Shown: positions 38,229-48,421, counted from the first letter of the stretch. The stretch is DNA of 64,000 bases from Alphaproteobacteria bacterium GWF2_58_20 (GCA_001768735.1 MEMB01000002.1:556696-620695), one strand, 5' to 3'. Notes: generated by a model not told the origin, from the letters alone. A program made the numbers and translations.

Positions 38229-39488
38229 TCACCACGCCTCGTTGCGGTAACCGCCCCCGGTGGGCCCCTGGCCTGATTTCATGTATTCCTCAAGCCTTTC
38301 ACGCCGTGGAACCACCCGTGCCAGCCCGGCTTCCTCCGCCTTGCGGTAATAGCGCAAGGCTTCATCTCCATCAGCCAGGCCCATGGGGCGACCCATCCGT
38401 TGTGCCACCACAGGATCCTTCAGGTCGGCATAAGCCGCCATGGCTTCCGCATATCCGGCATCCGCTGCCTTCTGGAGGCTGTCCATGGCCTCAATGAGGT
38501 TTCCCTGCTGCAACCGCGCCATGCCGGACTCATAATCCCGCAGGACATGATCCGGGATTTCCGGGATGTTCAGCGGAGCCTCAACTTCAGGAATCACCAT
38601 GTCCTTTTGAGCTTCTTCAGGAAGAAAAACCCCGGAGGCTTCCTCTTTCACAGGTTCCTGCACCTTTTCTTCAGGCGCAGAAGAAGGTTTTGCTGTCATT
38701 TCAGCCGTTTTTTTCTCAACGGGCGGCTTGACAACAACAATGGGGGCATCTTTGGCCCCATGGGGAAGGGAAAGACCATTCGCTCCCCCCATTTTCTCCA
38801 TGAGGAGAGCCCCGCCAGCCGCAAGGGCAAACAGGGGAAGAAGAACCGCAAGCGACTGCCCTACAATCTTGCGCATCCTGTGCGGCGGCCTTGTGGACGC
38901 AATTTCCCGTGGCGGAATATCTTCCGCCATTTTGGCGTGATCTTCCCGCACGGTTGGCGCATCACCATGTCCGGTATATTCTTCCCGTAGGTGGAACAGG
39001 ATATCGTTATCTCCCTTCATGTCGTGGGTGACATATCCCCAAAAGGTCACAACAGGCTGTTCCCCCACAAGAAACACATTTTCCATGCGTTCCGGCACAA
39101 AAAGTGCCTGACGAAGCAACTGTCGCACGTCTTCCCCATCCTGATCCTCTTCTGCCGCCGGGGTGTTTGCCAGGTCCTTCAGCCCCACCAGCATCTCTTC
39201 CACACGGTCCGCAATATGCTTGCGCTGTTCCTGCGTGGCTTCCACCCATGATACAACAGCTCCCTCGCCCGCCGCATACCAATCCATGCTTCCCCCGTCA
39301 TCCGAGAGACGCGGAATGGCAAACAGGTGGGCATGCCCATCTCCCAGACGCTTGGAAATGGCCAAACGAAGTCGCTCTGCCGAGGCGTAAACCGGCTTTC
39401 CCATGACGCCCAGTGCATGATAGCTGCGCACGCTACGGGATTTGATAAGGATTTCCATGGATATTCCCCCTAAAAAGGCAAAAATCAA
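38229..39488 (-). CDS. Hypothetical membrane protein with Pro-rich linker and Sel1/TPR-like C-terminal repeats
   Basis: Central transmembrane segment 'LAVLLPLFALAAGGALLM'. 'PPVEKKTAEMTAKPSSAPEEKVQEPVKEE' linker. C-terminal 'LQKAADAGYAEAMAAYADL...YYRKAEEAGLARV' Sel1-like repeats. The start could be Met at 39458. Confidence 0.45.
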   Translation of the reverse strand: MIFAFLGGISMEILIKSRSVRSYHALGVMGKPVYASAERLRLAISKRLGDGHAHLFAIPRLSDDGGSMDWYAAGEGAVVSWVEATQEQRKHIADRVEEMLVGLKDLANTPAAEEDQDGEDVRQLLRQALFVPERMENVFLVGEQPVVTFWGYVTHDMKGDNDILFHLREEYTGHGDAPTVREDHAKMAEDIPPREIASTRPPHRMRKIVGQSLAVLLPLFALAAGGALLMEKMGGANGLSLPHGAKDAPIVVVKPPVEKKTAEMTAKPSSAPEEKVQEPVKEEASGVFLPEEAQKDMVIPEVEAPLNIPEIPDHVLRDYESGMARLQQGNLIEAMDSLQKAADAGYAEAMAAYADLKDPVVAQRMGRPMGLADGDEALRYYRKAEEAGLARVVPRRERLEEYMKSGQGPTGGGYRNEAW

Positions 39489-40372
39489 TGAGACATGATA
39501 ACGGGCAGGGACAAATGCCTGATGATATAGCGCGTTGCCCCACCAAAAAGAACCTGCCAGGTCCGGGAAGTGCTATAAGCCCCCATCACCACCAAGTCAC
39601 AGCCATTATCCTCGGCAAAAGCCATGATCGCCCGTCCGGCATTGCGCCAGCGGAACGCCACATGGCGCACATCCACATCAACCCCGTGGCGGACAAGGAA
39701 GTCTGAAATCCCCTGAACATCGGGAGGGGTTTCCATTTTGCGGGAAACAGTAAGCAAAGTCACCTTCTCTGCCTGCTCAAGAAACGGCATGGCATCCTTG
39801 ATGGCGCGGGCCGTTTCGCGGCAATCACGCCACGGCAGCAGGATATGTCGCCCCATATCGCCGCTACAGACATATCCTTCCGGCAGCACAAGAGTTGGGC
39901 AGGCCGAATCCACCGCCATGCAATCCGCCAAATGCCAGCGGAAATGATCCTCAAAGTAGGTCATGGGCGCAGAAGGTAAAATCAGGAGGTCGGAGGTATT
40001 GGCCCGCGCCTTGAGTGGAATAGAGTGTTCCTCATTGACGACACCCCACGACCAGGAAAGCCCTTTGCAACACGTATCAATGCCATGCGCAATCTCTCCC
40101 GCCATCTGATGGGCATTATTGATGGCCTCGGTCATGTAATGGACATACGCGCCTCGTCCGGCTGAAGCGGCCGGGATATGGGCAGGCCTGACATTGAACA
40201 CGATGTCCAGGTGTGCGGAAAACCTGTGGGCAAGCGCAATTCCGACCTCAAGCCGCGCTTTTGCGCTGGCCTCTGCCGTCAGGTGCATAAGAATGGTGCG
40301 GATGGCCAAAAACAATACTCCCCTTTCAGGTACAACCGGGTTATGATACCCCGGTTTCATGCCCCTTTTCAA
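39485..40372 (-). CDS. Tandem universal stress protein (UspA x2)
   Basis: 295 aa with two Usp domains. C-terminal 'DLVVMGAYSTSRTWQVLFGGATRYIIRHLSLPVIMSH' is the classic Usp ATP-binding end. Confidence 0.7.
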   Translation of the reverse strand: MKRGMKPGYHNPVVPERGVLFLAIRTILMHLTAEASAKARLEVGIALAHRFSAHLDIVFNVRPAHIPAASAGRGAYVHYMTEAINNAHQMAGEIAHGIDTCCKGLSWSWGVVNEEHSIPLKARANTSDLLILPSAPMTYFEDHFRWHLADCMAVDSACPTLVLPEGYVCSGDMGRHILLPWRDCRETARAIKDAMPFLEQAEKVTLLTVSRKMETPPDVQGISDFLVRHGVDVDVRHVAFRWRNAGRAIMAFAEDNGCDLVVMGAYSTSRTWQVLFGGATRYIIRHLSLPVIMSH

Positions 40373-40393
40373 TTCCCATTACCGAGGCCTGCC

Positions 40394-40852
40394 ATGAAAG
40401 TTTTTTTCATTACAATCCTTTTGGTTCTGCTTTCTGCCCGCAGCAAGCTCCGGGCAGCCGATCATGAAACCTTTGGACAGGCCATTTTCATGGCTGGCGA
40501 ACACAGCCTTTCTGTAGATCTGGCCACAACGCCCACACAGCAGGAACGCGGCCTCATGTTCAGGAACAGCCTGCCAGAAGGCAGCGGCATGCTTTTCCTC
40601 TTTTCTCCGCCCCGCAAGGTTGGCATGTGGATGAAAAACACCCTTATTCCGCTTGATATGGTGTTCATTGACACAAACAAAAGCATTGCAGCCATTGCTG
40701 AAAACACGATTCCAGAATCCCTGCGCATCATTTCCAGCAGGAAAGATTCGATGGCCGTGCTTGAACTGCCCGCAGGTGATGCCCGCCGTCTGGGACTTGT
40801 GACCGGCATGCCGGTTTCATGGATAATCCCCTTGCCTGAAAACAAAAACTGA
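40394..40852 (+). CDS. DUF192-domain protein (secreted)
   Basis: Signal peptide 'MKVFFITILLVLLSA'. 'ERGLMFRNSLPEGSGMLFLF...IPLDMVFID' is the DUF192 signature. Confidence 0.65.
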   Translation: MKVFFITILLVLLSARSKLRAADHETFGQAIFMAGEHSLSVDLATTPTQQERGLMFRNSLPEGSGMLFLFSPPRKVGMWMKNTLIPLDMVFIDTNKSIAAIAENTIPESLRIISSRKDSMAVLELPAGDARRLGLVTGMPVSWIIPLPENKN

Positions 40853-40870
40853 TGTATGCCCTTCCTTCGT

Positions 40871-40947
40871 CGGGGTGTAGCGCAGCCTGGTAGCGCGCGA
40901 GTTTTGGGTACTCGAGGCCCCCGGTTCGAGTCCGGGCACCCCGACCA
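40871..40947 (+). tRNA. tRNA-Pro (anticodon UGG)
   Basis: Cloverleaf CGGGGTG-TA-GCGC-AGCCTGGTA-GCGC-G-CGAGT-TTTGGGT-ACTCG-AGGCC-CCCGG-TTCGAGT-CCGGG-CACCCCG-A-CCA. Confidence 0.9.
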
Positions 40948-41014
40948 TTTTTATGCTGAAAAACGTTTTGCCACCTGTCAGGCCGGGCGCAAAAGAAGAA
41001 ACGGGACCAGCCTT

Positions 41015-41091
41015 GCGCACATAGCTCAGCTGGATAGAGCACAAGCCTTCTAAGCTTGGGGTCGCAGGTTCAAGTCCTGCTGTGCGCGCCA
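41015..41091 (+). tRNA. tRNA-Arg (anticodon UCU)
   Basis: Cloverleaf GCGCACA-TA-GCTC-AGCTGGATA-GAGC-A-CAAGC-CTTCTAA-GCTTG-GGGTC-GCAGG-TTCAAGT-CCTGC-TGTGCGC-G-CCA. Confidence 0.9.
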
Positions 41092-41679
41092 TTCCCGCCC
41101 AAGCTGTTCATGATGCCCTGCAAACCACTGCATGGCGATAACACTGCCTGCGCTGATGAAATCCCCCTTGGCAAACCGCTCCAGCGCCACGCTGACCGAC
41201 AGGACGGAAACCTTAATGTCTTCCTGCTCATGTGCCACACCGCAAATCTCTCCCACAGCGCTGGAATCCGCCTCCCCCACATAAACATGGACCAGCTCGG
41301 AAGATGTTCCCGGAGAAGGCATAAACGCCCCAATCCGCACAAGCCGGCGAAACGGGCATCCAATTTCCTCCTCTCCCTCACGCCGCGCCACGTCTTCCTG
41401 CGTTTCCTCAGGCGACATCATGCCGGCAACAAACCCCAGCACCCACGGATCACGTCCTGCAGCCAAGGCTCCAATGCGGAACTGCTCCGTCACCACGACA
41501 CAATTCCGCACCGGATCATAGGGGAGCACCACAACGGCAACACCGTTTTCCACCACCTCGCGCGGCACGTTGTGAAGCCAGTTTCCTGAAAATCCCTCAT
41601 AATCAAGGGAATAAAGATGTAACTTCAAGTAACCAGAATAACATTCTGTTTTTGAAAGAATTTTAAACTTCTTTTCCAT
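41050..41679 (-). CDS. NUDIX hydrolase (ADP-ribose pyrophosphatase-like)
   Basis: Nudix box 'GMMSPEETQEDVARREGEEEIG' (Gx5Ex7REuxEExGu). The last ~14 codons are antisense to tRNA-Arg, so the true stop is uncertain. Confidence 0.6.
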   Translation of the reverse strand: MEKKFKILSKTECYSGYLKLHLYSLDYEGFSGNWLHNVPREVVENGVAVVVLPYDPVRNCVVVTEQFRIGALAAGRDPWVLGFVAGMMSPEETQEDVARREGEEEIGCPFRRLVRIGAFMPSPGTSSELVHVYVGEADSSAVGEICGVAHEQEDIKVSVLSVSVALERFAKGDFISAGSVIAMQWFAGHHEQLGREWRAQQDLNLRPQA

Positions 41680-44233
41680 ATCTGTACACCTTCAGGAACT
41701 CAAGCCAGAGAACGGCAAAAACACCCCCCGCAAGCGCCAGGAACATATCCATTGGGTGGGGGGCTGAAAAATGGAAAAACACCCGCATGGACGGCACCAG
41801 AAGTGCCACTCCCAGGAAGACGGCAGCCCCTCCAACAACCCACCAGACGGCCGGATTTGGAACACGCAACATGTCCCACATGGTGCGTATTTTTGAACGA
41901 TTGCTGAGGATCAACAGAACATTCCCGATGATCAGCGCAGAGAAGGTCAGGGCACGCAAGGCCGGCGCATCATGTCCGGCGTTCAGGGCCACAAGGAAAA
42001 TCGCCACCAGCATGATTCCTAGGCTAACCCCTTGCAGGAGCCCGGGTGCCATGGCTTCCAACGTAAAGAGGCGCGCCTTGGGCGCACGCGGCTTGCGGTG
42101 CATGATCCCGGGCTCCTCTTGTTCAGCCTCGAAAATGATGGAACAGGCAGGATCAATGATCATTTCAAGGAACGCCACGTGGATGGGCAGCAGCAGAATC
42201 GGAAAATCCGCTGAAAACGTGGGCAGCATGGACAGGAAGATGATGGGGATGTGGATGGCGAACAGATAGTTCATCGCCTCGCGGATATTGTCGTAAATCC
42301 GCCTTCCAAGACGCACCGCCGCAACAATGGAGGAAAAAGCATCATCCAGAAGGACAATATCCGCCGCTTCACGCGCAACATCGGTGCCGCGCGCCCCCAT
42401 GGCAATGCCGATATGGGCCGACTTGAGGGCGGGCGCATCATTCACCCCGTCCCCCGTCATGGCCACCACCTGACCCTGCTTCTTGAGCGCTTCCACAATG
42501 CGGAGCTTTTGTTCCGGCACCACTCGGGCAAACACCGACACCTCCGAGATGCGGGCCGCCAGCGTTTCGTCATCCAGAGCGTCCAGCTCCGGGCCGGTCA
42601 GGATCACGCCCTTTTCAGGAAGCCCGATGACCTTTGCCACATGGCGGGCAGTTTCCGGATGGTCTCCCGTAATCATCACCACGGAAATCCCCGCATTCCG
42701 GCATTCCGCGATGGCTTCCGGAACCCCGTCCCTCACGGGATCCTCAAGCCCTACAAGCCCAAGGAACTGGAACAGCATGCCATGCTGTTCCTGCGGCAGT
42801 TCGCCCCCATTGCACAGCCCCCGCGCCACGCCCAGCACCCGAAGACCGGATTTGGCCATCTCCGCAACCACCTCCCCAATCGGCGCATATTCCTCCGCCG
42901 ACATGTGGCACAAGTCGGCAATGGCTTCCGGCGCACCCTTGGCCGCCACCGCATCACACGCATCTCCCTTGGCCCGCACCCAGACATGCGACATGGCCAG
43001 GAGCGATGACGTCAGGGGATACTCCCGCATCAGCTCCCAGTTGTCATGCCAGTGTTCGGTTTTGAGCAGGTAAGCCTTTCCAACCTCGCGCAACGCCTTT
43101 TCCATGGGATCGAATGGATCCTTGTTGCTGGCAAGGATTCCATATTCCAGCAGGGCATGGAAATCTTCCGGCAAATTCCCTGATGGCTCCTTGGGAATTT
43201 CAAAATTTCCACCATTTTTGGCCCATATTTTCCGTAACGTCATCTGGTTGCGGGTGAGCGTCCCCGTCTTGTCAACACAAAGAACGGTGGCAGCCCCCAG
43301 CATCTCCACTGCGGGCATGCGCCGCGTCAGGACCTTCACACGCGAAATGCGCCACGCACCAAGCGCCAAGAACACGGTCAAGACAACCGGAAATTCTTCG
43401 GGCACAACCGCCATGGCCATGGTCAGTCCGGCCAGCAGGCCATCCCGCCATGAAACCATGCCTCCCCCACGGGAAAAGGCATAAGCCACAACAACCACCC
43501 CGCAAAGCGACAGGCCAACAACCGCAAGAATGCGCACAAGACGACCCGTTTCCCGTTGCAGAAACGTTTCTTCCTGCGTCAGGGAGGCCAGCGCCTTGCC
43601 AATTTTTCCTATTTCCGTCCGGGCACCGGTGGCTACCACTTCGGCAACCCCCTGCCCCTTGGTGACCATGGTTCCGGAATAAACCATGGGCAGACCATCG
43701 CCGCCGGGCCGCGGCAAGGGATTGGGAATCAACTGTGTTTCATCCTTGCGGACAGGAACGGATTCCCCCGTCAGGAGGGATTCATCCACCGACATTCCAA
43801 TCGCCTGAATCAGGAAGGCATCCGCAGGAACACGGTCACCTTCGGCCAGAAGCATGATATCGCCCCGGACAACAGCCTTGCCGGCAATGCGCCTTTCCTG
43901 GCCATCCCGGATGACCAGTGCGCGCGGGCTCGAAAGATCCCGCAGGGCATCCAGCGCATGTTCCGTCCGGCGCTCCTGGACAATGGTGATCCCCATGATA
44001 AAAACCACAAAACTGAGCAGGATCAGGGCATCCTGAACATGTCCTGTCGCAAGGTAGATGCCGCCACATGCCATAAGCAGGAGAAACATGGGTTCGCGCA
44101 CAACTTCAAGCGCAATGGCAAAAACGCCGCTGCGCCTGGCCGAAGGCAGTTCATTCAGGCCTTCAGAAACCAGTCGTTGCTGCGCTTCATCCTCGGAAAG
44201 ACCGGAGATTTTCTTGACGTCAAGCATGTGCAC
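41663..44233 (-). CDS. Cation-transporting P-type ATPase (type II, Ca2+/Mg2+-ATPase-like)
   Basis: 856 aa. Phosphorylation motif 'CVDKTGTLTRNQMT'. Hinge 'MTGDGVNDAPALKSAHIGIAMG'. TGES-like 'LTGESVPV'. About 10 transmembrane helices. Confidence 0.85.
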   Translation of the reverse strand: MHMLDVKKISGLSEDEAQQRLVSEGLNELPSARRSGVFAIALEVVREPMFLLLMACGGIYLATGHVQDALILLSFVVFIMGITIVQERRTEHALDALRDLSSPRALVIRDGQERRIAGKAVVRGDIMLLAEGDRVPADAFLIQAIGMSVDESLLTGESVPVRKDETQLIPNPLPRPGGDGLPMVYSGTMVTKGQGVAEVVATGARTEIGKIGKALASLTQEETFLQRETGRLVRILAVVGLSLCGVVVVAYAFSRGGGMVSWRDGLLAGLTMAMAVVPEEFPVVLTVFLALGAWRISRVKVLTRRMPAVEMLGAATVLCVDKTGTLTRNQMTLRKIWAKNGGNFEIPKEPSGNLPEDFHALLEYGILASNKDPFDPMEKALREVGKAYLLKTEHWHDNWELMREYPLTSSLLAMSHVWVRAKGDACDAVAAKGAPEAIADLCHMSAEEYAPIGEVVAEMAKSGLRVLGVARGLCNGGELPQEQHGMLFQFLGLVGLEDPVRDGVPEAIAECRNAGISVVMITGDHPETARHVAKVIGLPEKGVILTGPELDALDDETLAARISEVSVFARVVPEQKLRIVEALKKQGQVVAMTGDGVNDAPALKSAHIGIAMGARGTDVAREAADIVLLDDAFSSIVAAVRLGRRIYDNIREAMNYLFAIHIPIIFLSMLPTFSADFPILLLPIHVAFLEMIIDPACSIIFEAEQEEPGIMHRKPRAPKARLFTLEAMAPGLLQGVSLGIMLVAIFLVALNAGHDAPALRALTFSALIIGNVLLILSNRSKIRTMWDMLRVPNPAVWWVVGGAAVFLGVALLVPSMRVFFHFSAPHPMDMFLALAGGVFAVLWLEFLKVYRYGKEV

Positions 44234-44309
44234 ATCATTCCTTCATCAAATATGGAGACACCGGGGGCTTGTCCCCCGGTGTCTCCATTCAAGGGCTTGG
44301 CCGCCCTTA

Positions 44310-46646
44310 TCAATCCTCGTAACGGGTGCAGCGGATATACACCCCCGCATTCTTGACAAGCCAGCTGAGCTCCCTTGCGCTGCCAGAGAGCCACGTCGAG
44401 ACGGAATAGGCTATATTGTAGCCAGTTTCCTCGCTTGACCAATACATGGCATTGTTATCGATCGTCCCATATTCAAAAGTCCCGCTGGAATCATTGGCGT
44501 CAATGGTTCGGGTGATCTTGTCGCGTGTTACAAGATGCTCCCACCCCAGCATCGTCCGAAGCTGCAGCTTGCCGGGCAGGAACCAGTCGGAGCGACCGTG
44601 CGCCACAAGGTCATGGCAGTATTTTGCTGCCTGGTATGGGGATCCGGCATCAGACAGGGCGGCAAGGATGGGGGTTGCAACTTCGCCATCTGTGCCGGCG
44701 GGAATGGAGGCCAACGTCCAGTTTTCCGTTCCATTGTTCCATGTTTTGCTGGTTTGCGTGCTGGCATCTGTCGTGAACAATTTCCTGCCATCGAAAACCC
44801 CAATAAAGAAACTTCCATCAAGGCATTTGGTTCCCGGCATGGGAATGCCTTCCTCACAGGTTGCCGGCTCAACATTGAGAGTAAAATTCAGCCTGGTTTT
44901 CTTGGGGAAGATCGCAGCATTGTCACTCACTTCCACATATGCCGAGACAGTTCCCGTCTGCTCAAAATTGTTTGGACTACCAAGAGATGGCGCCGGAGTC
45001 GACACCGTAAAGGAACCACTGATGTTGTTGTCTGCACTGCTCCAGGATGTCTGATCCAGGACGGGGAGAAAGCTGTATGCCGACGCACTTGCCACTGCCG
45101 TCAGGGCCTGAACAGGCTCCGATGCATCCGCAGCCTCGAAGTAAAATGTATAATCCTGACCCGTCTTGATGGTAGCAGAAACCGGATTCCCGCCTGAAGA
45201 AACGACCGGAGGTGGATTGAACGGAAACACCTGCACGTTGACGGGAAACGGATCACTATCCATAAAGCCGTCATTGGCCACAAAGGAAAGGATTGTTGAA
45301 CCGGTTTCCACATAATTCCCTACAGCAACTGTCACAAACACAAAGTGCGTTGCGCCCATGGATATTGCAAGCGGATGGTTGGCCACAACCATGACATTTG
45401 TCCAATTTACAGTGGAAATACCATCATCCGTAGAGAAGGATGGAACAACCGAGACCGTCTGGCCGGCATCCGGTTCATTGATCATGAAAATGATGTTCCT
45501 TGCTGTTCCGGATTCCACATCGACATCTGTCGGAGACATACTCCACGCCATGGGTACAGGCAGGTTGTTGACAAAGACATCAAACGTCTGGGAGACAGTT
45601 TGCCCCTTCCCGTCGGTGGCCGTAACCCGGATACTGCTGGTTCCGGCATCGCTGACGGCCGGCGTTCCAGAAAAGGCCGCGCCATCAAAGCCCATCCAGG
45701 CCGGCAGGGCGGAACCATCAGCAAGGCTGGCCGAAAGGACATAGCTTTCGGTATCGATAAATGCCCCGGCCGGAATGGCATAGCTGAGGGAGGTTCCAAC
45801 GGCAACGACAACATTTTCCAGCGCGTCCCCAACTTCTGGAGGAGGATTGTAATTGGAGAACGTCTGGAAACGCCATGTCCCGGCGTCGATTCCCGCAAAG
45901 GAATGGCCAGCGCCATCCATCAGGCTTCCCGATGGGACAATAACTTCATACTCCGTATTTTCCTCAAGCTCTCCCGTGTAATCCAGCACGACAACATCAT
46001 CCACGAAAAGCACAATCGATGGGTCAGTGACAGCGAGACTGTCAAAAACATCTCCTCCCAAAACCTTGCGGATGATGATATTCCCGGTTCCGGGCAAAAC
46101 CCTTTCACTCATTTCCAGGCGCAGTTCAGACACCACGGGCACACCGGTCGCCCCTGAAACAGGATCAAGGGAAACAAGGGTTGGCGCCGTGCTGTCCAAT
46201 GTGGAAAATGCCCATGTTGTGCTGCCAGAAAAGCCGGGATAGGGATATCCATCATCCGACTGTAGCGCGCCGGGCGGAATTTCCACGTAATAGGATTCTC
46301 CTTCATCCAGCGCCGAAAATGGCAGGATGGCTTCATCCCCGGAAATGATGACCGAAGATGCCAGCAGGATATCAGCTTCACTGCCATCGCTTGCATACCG
46401 CAGCCTGATGTTTCCCGTACCCGCCTTCATGTCTTTTGAAAACTTCATGACCAGCGCAGTGTGGGGAGAAACCCCGGATGCACCATTGACTGGCGACAGG
46501 GACAGGATGCGGATGTCCGCCGGATTTTCATCCATGCAGCCCGTGACGTTGTCGCAGACCGGAATGGGGCGGCGCACCATGGGGGCCGCCCGGGCAAGGG
46601 ACGGAAAAAGAACGACGAGAAGGATGAGCGAAAAACGACTTGTCAT
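44310..46646 (-). CDS. Large secreted surface protein: SbsA/cadherin-like Ig repeats + C-terminal DUF1566 (Lcl C-terminal) domain
   Basis: Signal peptide 'MTSRFSLILLVVLFPSLARA'. Repeated 'LxVTATDGKGQTVSQTFDVFV'-type Ig/putative-Ig repeats. C-terminal 'DWFLPGKLQLRTMLGWEHL...YWSSEETG...AGVYIRCTRYED' matches the DUF1566 pattern (LP..EL..L / YWSST / V.CVR). Confidence 0.6.
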   Translation of the reverse strand: MTSRFSLILLVVLFPSLARAAPMVRRPIPVCDNVTGCMDENPADIRILSLSPVNGASGVSPHTALVMKFSKDMKAGTGNIRLRYASDGSEADILLASSVIISGDEAILPFSALDEGESYYVEIPPGALQSDDGYPYPGFSGSTTWAFSTLDSTAPTLVSLDPVSGATGVPVVSELRLEMSERVLPGTGNIIIRKVLGGDVFDSLAVTDPSIVLFVDDVVVLDYTGELEENTEYEVIVPSGSLMDGAGHSFAGIDAGTWRFQTFSNYNPPPEVGDALENVVVAVGTSLSYAIPAGAFIDTESYVLSASLADGSALPAWMGFDGAAFSGTPAVSDAGTSSIRVTATDGKGQTVSQTFDVFVNNLPVPMAWSMSPTDVDVESGTARNIIFMINEPDAGQTVSVVPSFSTDDGISTVNWTNVMVVANHPLAISMGATHFVFVTVAVGNYVETGSTILSFVANDGFMDSDPFPVNVQVFPFNPPPVVSSGGNPVSATIKTGQDYTFYFEAADASEPVQALTAVASASAYSFLPVLDQTSWSSADNNISGSFTVSTPAPSLGSPNNFEQTGTVSAYVEVSDNAAIFPKKTRLNFTLNVEPATCEEGIPMPGTKCLDGSFFIGVFDGRKLFTTDASTQTSKTWNNGTENWTLASIPAGTDGEVATPILAALSDAGSPYQAAKYCHDLVAHGRSDWFLPGKLQLRTMLGWEHLVTRDKITRTIDANDSSGTFEYGTIDNNAMYWSSEETGYNIAYSVSTWLSGSARELSWLVKNAGVYIRCTRYED

Positions 46647-46669
46647 GAAAACATGTCCTGTAACAGGGA

Positions 46670-47227
46670 TCAGGGAAACACCGGATCGGTCATGAAAAGA
46701 TATTGGGAATTGTCCATGCAGCAGGGATCGTTGCGGTCAAACAGCGGATTCCATGCCGAACGGTCGGCCGGGTCGAAGCAGGTGCGCAGGCAGTGCTTGT
46801 TGCACCCTTCCGGGGCCTGCGTGTTTTTTGGGGTGCAGCCTGCCATTTCCGCATCGGCGCAACGCGCTTCCGCATCCAGCCCCAGCTTCTTGCGCATGGT
46901 GAGGCACAATCTTATGGATTTCTGGGAATCCGGAAGGGAGAGGACGGCATATCCCCGTCGCACTTCCCATGCTTCCCCGCTTTCATCCACAGGAACCTCA
47001 AGAAGATAGTTCTTTGAAAGGAGGTCCGTAAGCCCCGCAGGCACAACCCGCTCCTGGTTGGCATAAAGGGCGGCGGAGCTCACAATCTGGTCACCCGCAG
47101 CCAAAACGCGCATGGCCGAAGCTTCCTCTTGGTATTTGTTGTAGGCGCTGCCACCATAAAAGACGGCAATGACAGACACGGTGGCAACCAGCGCCACAGC
47201 GATGACCGTCAGGATCAGGTTGGCCAT
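46670..47227 (-). CDS. Hypothetical N-terminally membrane-anchored Cys-rich protein
   Basis: N-terminal helix 'MANLILTVIAVALVATVSVIAVFYGG'. C-terminal region has 9 Cys ('CADAEMAGCTPKNTQAPEGCNKHCLRTCFDPADRSAWNPLFDRNDPCC'). Confidence 0.45.
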   Translation of the reverse strand: MANLILTVIAVALVATVSVIAVFYGGSAYNKYQEEASAMRVLAAGDQIVSSAALYANQERVVPAGLTDLLSKNYLLEVPVDESGEAWEVRRGYAVLSLPDSQKSIRLCLTMRKKLGLDAEARCADAEMAGCTPKNTQAPEGCNKHCLRTCFDPADRSAWNPLFDRNDPCCMDNSQYLFMTDPVFP

Positions 47228-47422
47228 GGCCAGCTCCCCCTTCTGCTTGTCAAGAACCTTCCCTGCAACCTATAAAGCGACTTCCCTACCCCGTCAACTC
47301 ATCTTGCGGAGAAGGCTGCATGGCTTGTGCCAAGTGAAAAATATCCAGCAAGGTCTTCCTGCCATGCACAAACAACCAAGGGTTGACCTGCGCATCATCG
47401 CCACTTCCCCATTTTCGCCTTT

Positions 47423-48421
47423 TCAGGGCGATGGCGCCAGGAACAGCTTTCGTCCCCTGTCAAAATGTGCAACCAGCTGCTGGCTGGCGCGGTGGAGTTT
47501 TTCATCCTCCCGCAGAATGGCCGTTGCCTGGGTATCATCCCCAAACGTCATCATCATGACGGAGAGCTTCAACACCCGGCGCTTGAATTGCCACGCCCCA
47601 TACGAAGGACGAACTTGCGCAAAAACAGCCTCGGAAAAAGCAAGGCGCTGTTCTTCGTCCAGTGTCCTGACATGCGGCAGGACTTTTTCAATCAGGTCCG
47701 CCGCCTTTTCAAGCTCCGTTCCATGATTGTAAAGGGAAGCTTCCGCCTCGGCCATAACATTGCCGCCAAACATCCCCTGCGCCACGGAATTGTAACAAGA
47801 CACTGTCCGGATTTTGGCAACAATGCGCGCCACATCTGCATTTCCGGACACGAAGGCCCTGTCAACCGCCGCAAAAACGTCAGCCCGCAATTCAGAAGCC
47901 GCCCTGCGATAATCATCGCCCTGCCTTTCCGGATCCAGCACGACATCACGTTCCGTGCCATGTCCCAAGGTTTCATGGGCCAGGGAAAATGTATTCAATT
48001 CCAGCTCGGACACAGGAAACGGGGAAACAAGTTTTGCCCCCCAGGTTTTCAGGAACTGGTTGAACATGTCCCTTTCATCACCCCCCGGATGATTGGGAAG
48101 CACAATGCGAAACCAATCCTGGGAAGCATCAGGAATGCGGGCGCATTGCCCCAGCGTATGGCAGGTGGCCTGACGCTGGATATCAGGCGCAACAATTTCT
48201 GCACTTTCCGCATCCAGGCCAACGATTTCTTCCAGCTGTTTCCGGATATAATCTGTTGATTTCCCGGCCCTGAACCGGTCGAAAACAACAACAGGCCGCC
48301 CCAGCTTCCTGATTTTTCTTTGGTATTCATCAACAATCCGGGCATGATCTTCCGGCGATTCCGCAAGCGCGGAAGATGTCAGCATCCCCAGCAGAAGGGT
48401 GATGGCTGCGAGCTTCCTCAT
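47423..48421 (-). CDS. Hypothetical secreted protein with conserved 'HETLGH' and 'SELRAD' motifs
   Basis: Signal peptide 'MRKLAAITLLLGMLTSSALA'. Shares a ~90-aa block with the upstream gene ('FSLAHETLGHGTERD...YRRAASELRADVFAAV' versus 'SVLDHEAFGHALDPEK...QALSELRADISQVV'). 4-nt start/stop overlap with the upstream gene. Confidence 0.5.
   Translation of the reverse strand: MRKLAAITLLLGMLTSSALAESPEDHARIVDEYQRKIRKLGRPVVVFDRFRAGKSTDYIRKQLEEIVGLDAESAEIVAPDIQRQATCHTLGQCARIPDASQDWFRIVLPNHPGGDERDMFNQFLKTWGAKLVSPFPVSELELNTFSLAHETLGHGTERDVVLDPERQGDDYRRAASELRADVFAAVDRAFVSGNADVARIVAKIRTVSCYNSVAQGMFGGNVMAEAEASLYNHGTELEKAADLIEKVLPHVRTLDEEQRLAFSEAVFAQVRPSYGAWQFKRRVLKLSVMMMTFGDDTQATAILREDEKLHRASQQLVAHFDRGRKLFLAPSP

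Noticed and set aside
40817-41092. ORFs 40817..41092 (-) and 40856..41053 (+) across the tRNA-Pro/tRNA-Arg pair
   Set aside because: Both lie entirely over two canonical tRNA cloverleaves. They are read-through artefacts of the six-frame track.
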